A DNA stretch of 64,000 nt, from assembly GCA_002633005.1 (NCBI GenBank), contig NMRA01000400.1, positions 344,476-408,475 on the forward strand, in the 5' to 3' direction. How positions within the stretch are numbered: the stretch's first letter is position 1; each line of letters opens with the position of its first letter. The stretch is from Phoronis australis. Taxonomy: Eukaryota > Animalia > Phoronida. The notes under the pieces are model-generated. The model was not told where the DNA came from, did no database searches, and worked only from the letters and a program-made list of their open reading frames with translations. Position numbers and translations under genes: made by a program. This document shows, in pieces, positions 62,878-64,000 of the stretch.

Positions 62878-64000
62878 TCATATGTACAGCTCGTAAAAAG
62901 ACTGTGTTCCTTGGATTCTGTGTCTGGCCTGCTTGTGTTTGGACCGATCATCCAGATAATTCACTGAATAATCGGTCAGTGTGATGGCATTGAAATGCAG
63001 GTAGGGCACATAATCCAAAAACAAGATGACCATTTTCTTCAGTGTACATTGTTAATTTCTCAGTAACCATAACTCTGGGCATGGTGTAAGATATCTATCA
63101 AAATTATACTTTTTGTAATGTGCAGGGATGGAGGAGAGGTAATCTCCATACTCGAAGCACAGCTCGAAAACTGACCAAATGCATGCCACAATTCTTGTAA
63201 ATTCACTTGAATTGTGCAGTGTGGATGGTCAGGCTTTGAGTCTGAGTTTGGAGATTACACCCTGGGCCCAAGTGATTGTCCATCAATGTCATTATTGAAA
63301 TCAAATAGATGTTGGTATGCCGTGCGGTTACCGATGAATAAAAATATAAAATAGTCCACAGCACACCCTTGACAAGGAGTCCATCGCTCAAAACGTGAGG
63401 ATATTTTAATATATTTTACTACCGACACTCGTCGTCGTTTTAGTTTAACTATTTCTACTATAATGTAATTATTGACTACAGAATGCACCTATATCTGGAG
63501 CACCACCTTTAGCATTTTCAAGCTACTTTTACTCTCAGGTTTTGCTAAAAGGTGCATAGGTGCACGTATTTCAGATGTAGGTGCAGCTTCACACATATGG
63601 TTGAAGAATAACAAAACACATATCAAATATTTTGAGAACTGACATTTTTATTGAGTTTTTACTCATTCAACATAGTTTGTTGTTGGTTTGCTTTCAAAGC
63701 AATCTTGTACAGTGTTGTTGGAACACTATCTTCAAAAGTTCTACTTTTATGTGTTTTTGAAATAAAAAATATTTAAGTGAAAGTGCAATTTAGAATACTT
63801 GCATGATTGTTAAGACTTGTGCGCATATCTGAAATTGTACATGTATGTTAACTTTCAAACAAAATTTGGTTTCAAGACTATTTTGCATACAAACCCATGG
63901 GCATCTTTTTCACTTTTGAGCACAAAACGCAAGGACGTCTACATGCATGTCTTATTTTGAGTGTTTACTCTCTGTCTTTTGATCATTCTTTTCACTTCCA

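Overview
AT-rich animal genomic DNA, probably from an invertebrate, with spliceosomal introns and dense transposon content. Minus strand: the first five coding exons of an SLC2A13/HMIT-like sugar-porter (24924 to 200, continuing off the left edge) with a ~19.8 kb first intron; an intact single-exon-CDS TRIM gene (RING, two B-boxes, coiled coil, NHL-like propeller; 29116-31071); and a decayed tandem paralogue (41322-~44556) split inside its RING by a LINE. Between the TRIM copies lies a full-length DIRS1-type tyrosine-recombinase retrotransposon (32252-37563) with ITRs, ICR, RT, RNase H, MTase-like domain and YR. Its unusual features are an ~0.88 kb internal inversion of gag, a candidate spliceosomal intron at the gag/pol junction, perfectly matched termini despite broken ORFs, and a terminal splice donor pointing at an acceptor 5 nt before the TRIM ATG. 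The right part holds Academ-type DNA transposon remnants (47121-53599), a local duplication that provides an empty site, and several MITE families with readable TSDs. All calls come from manual reading; no database searches were run.
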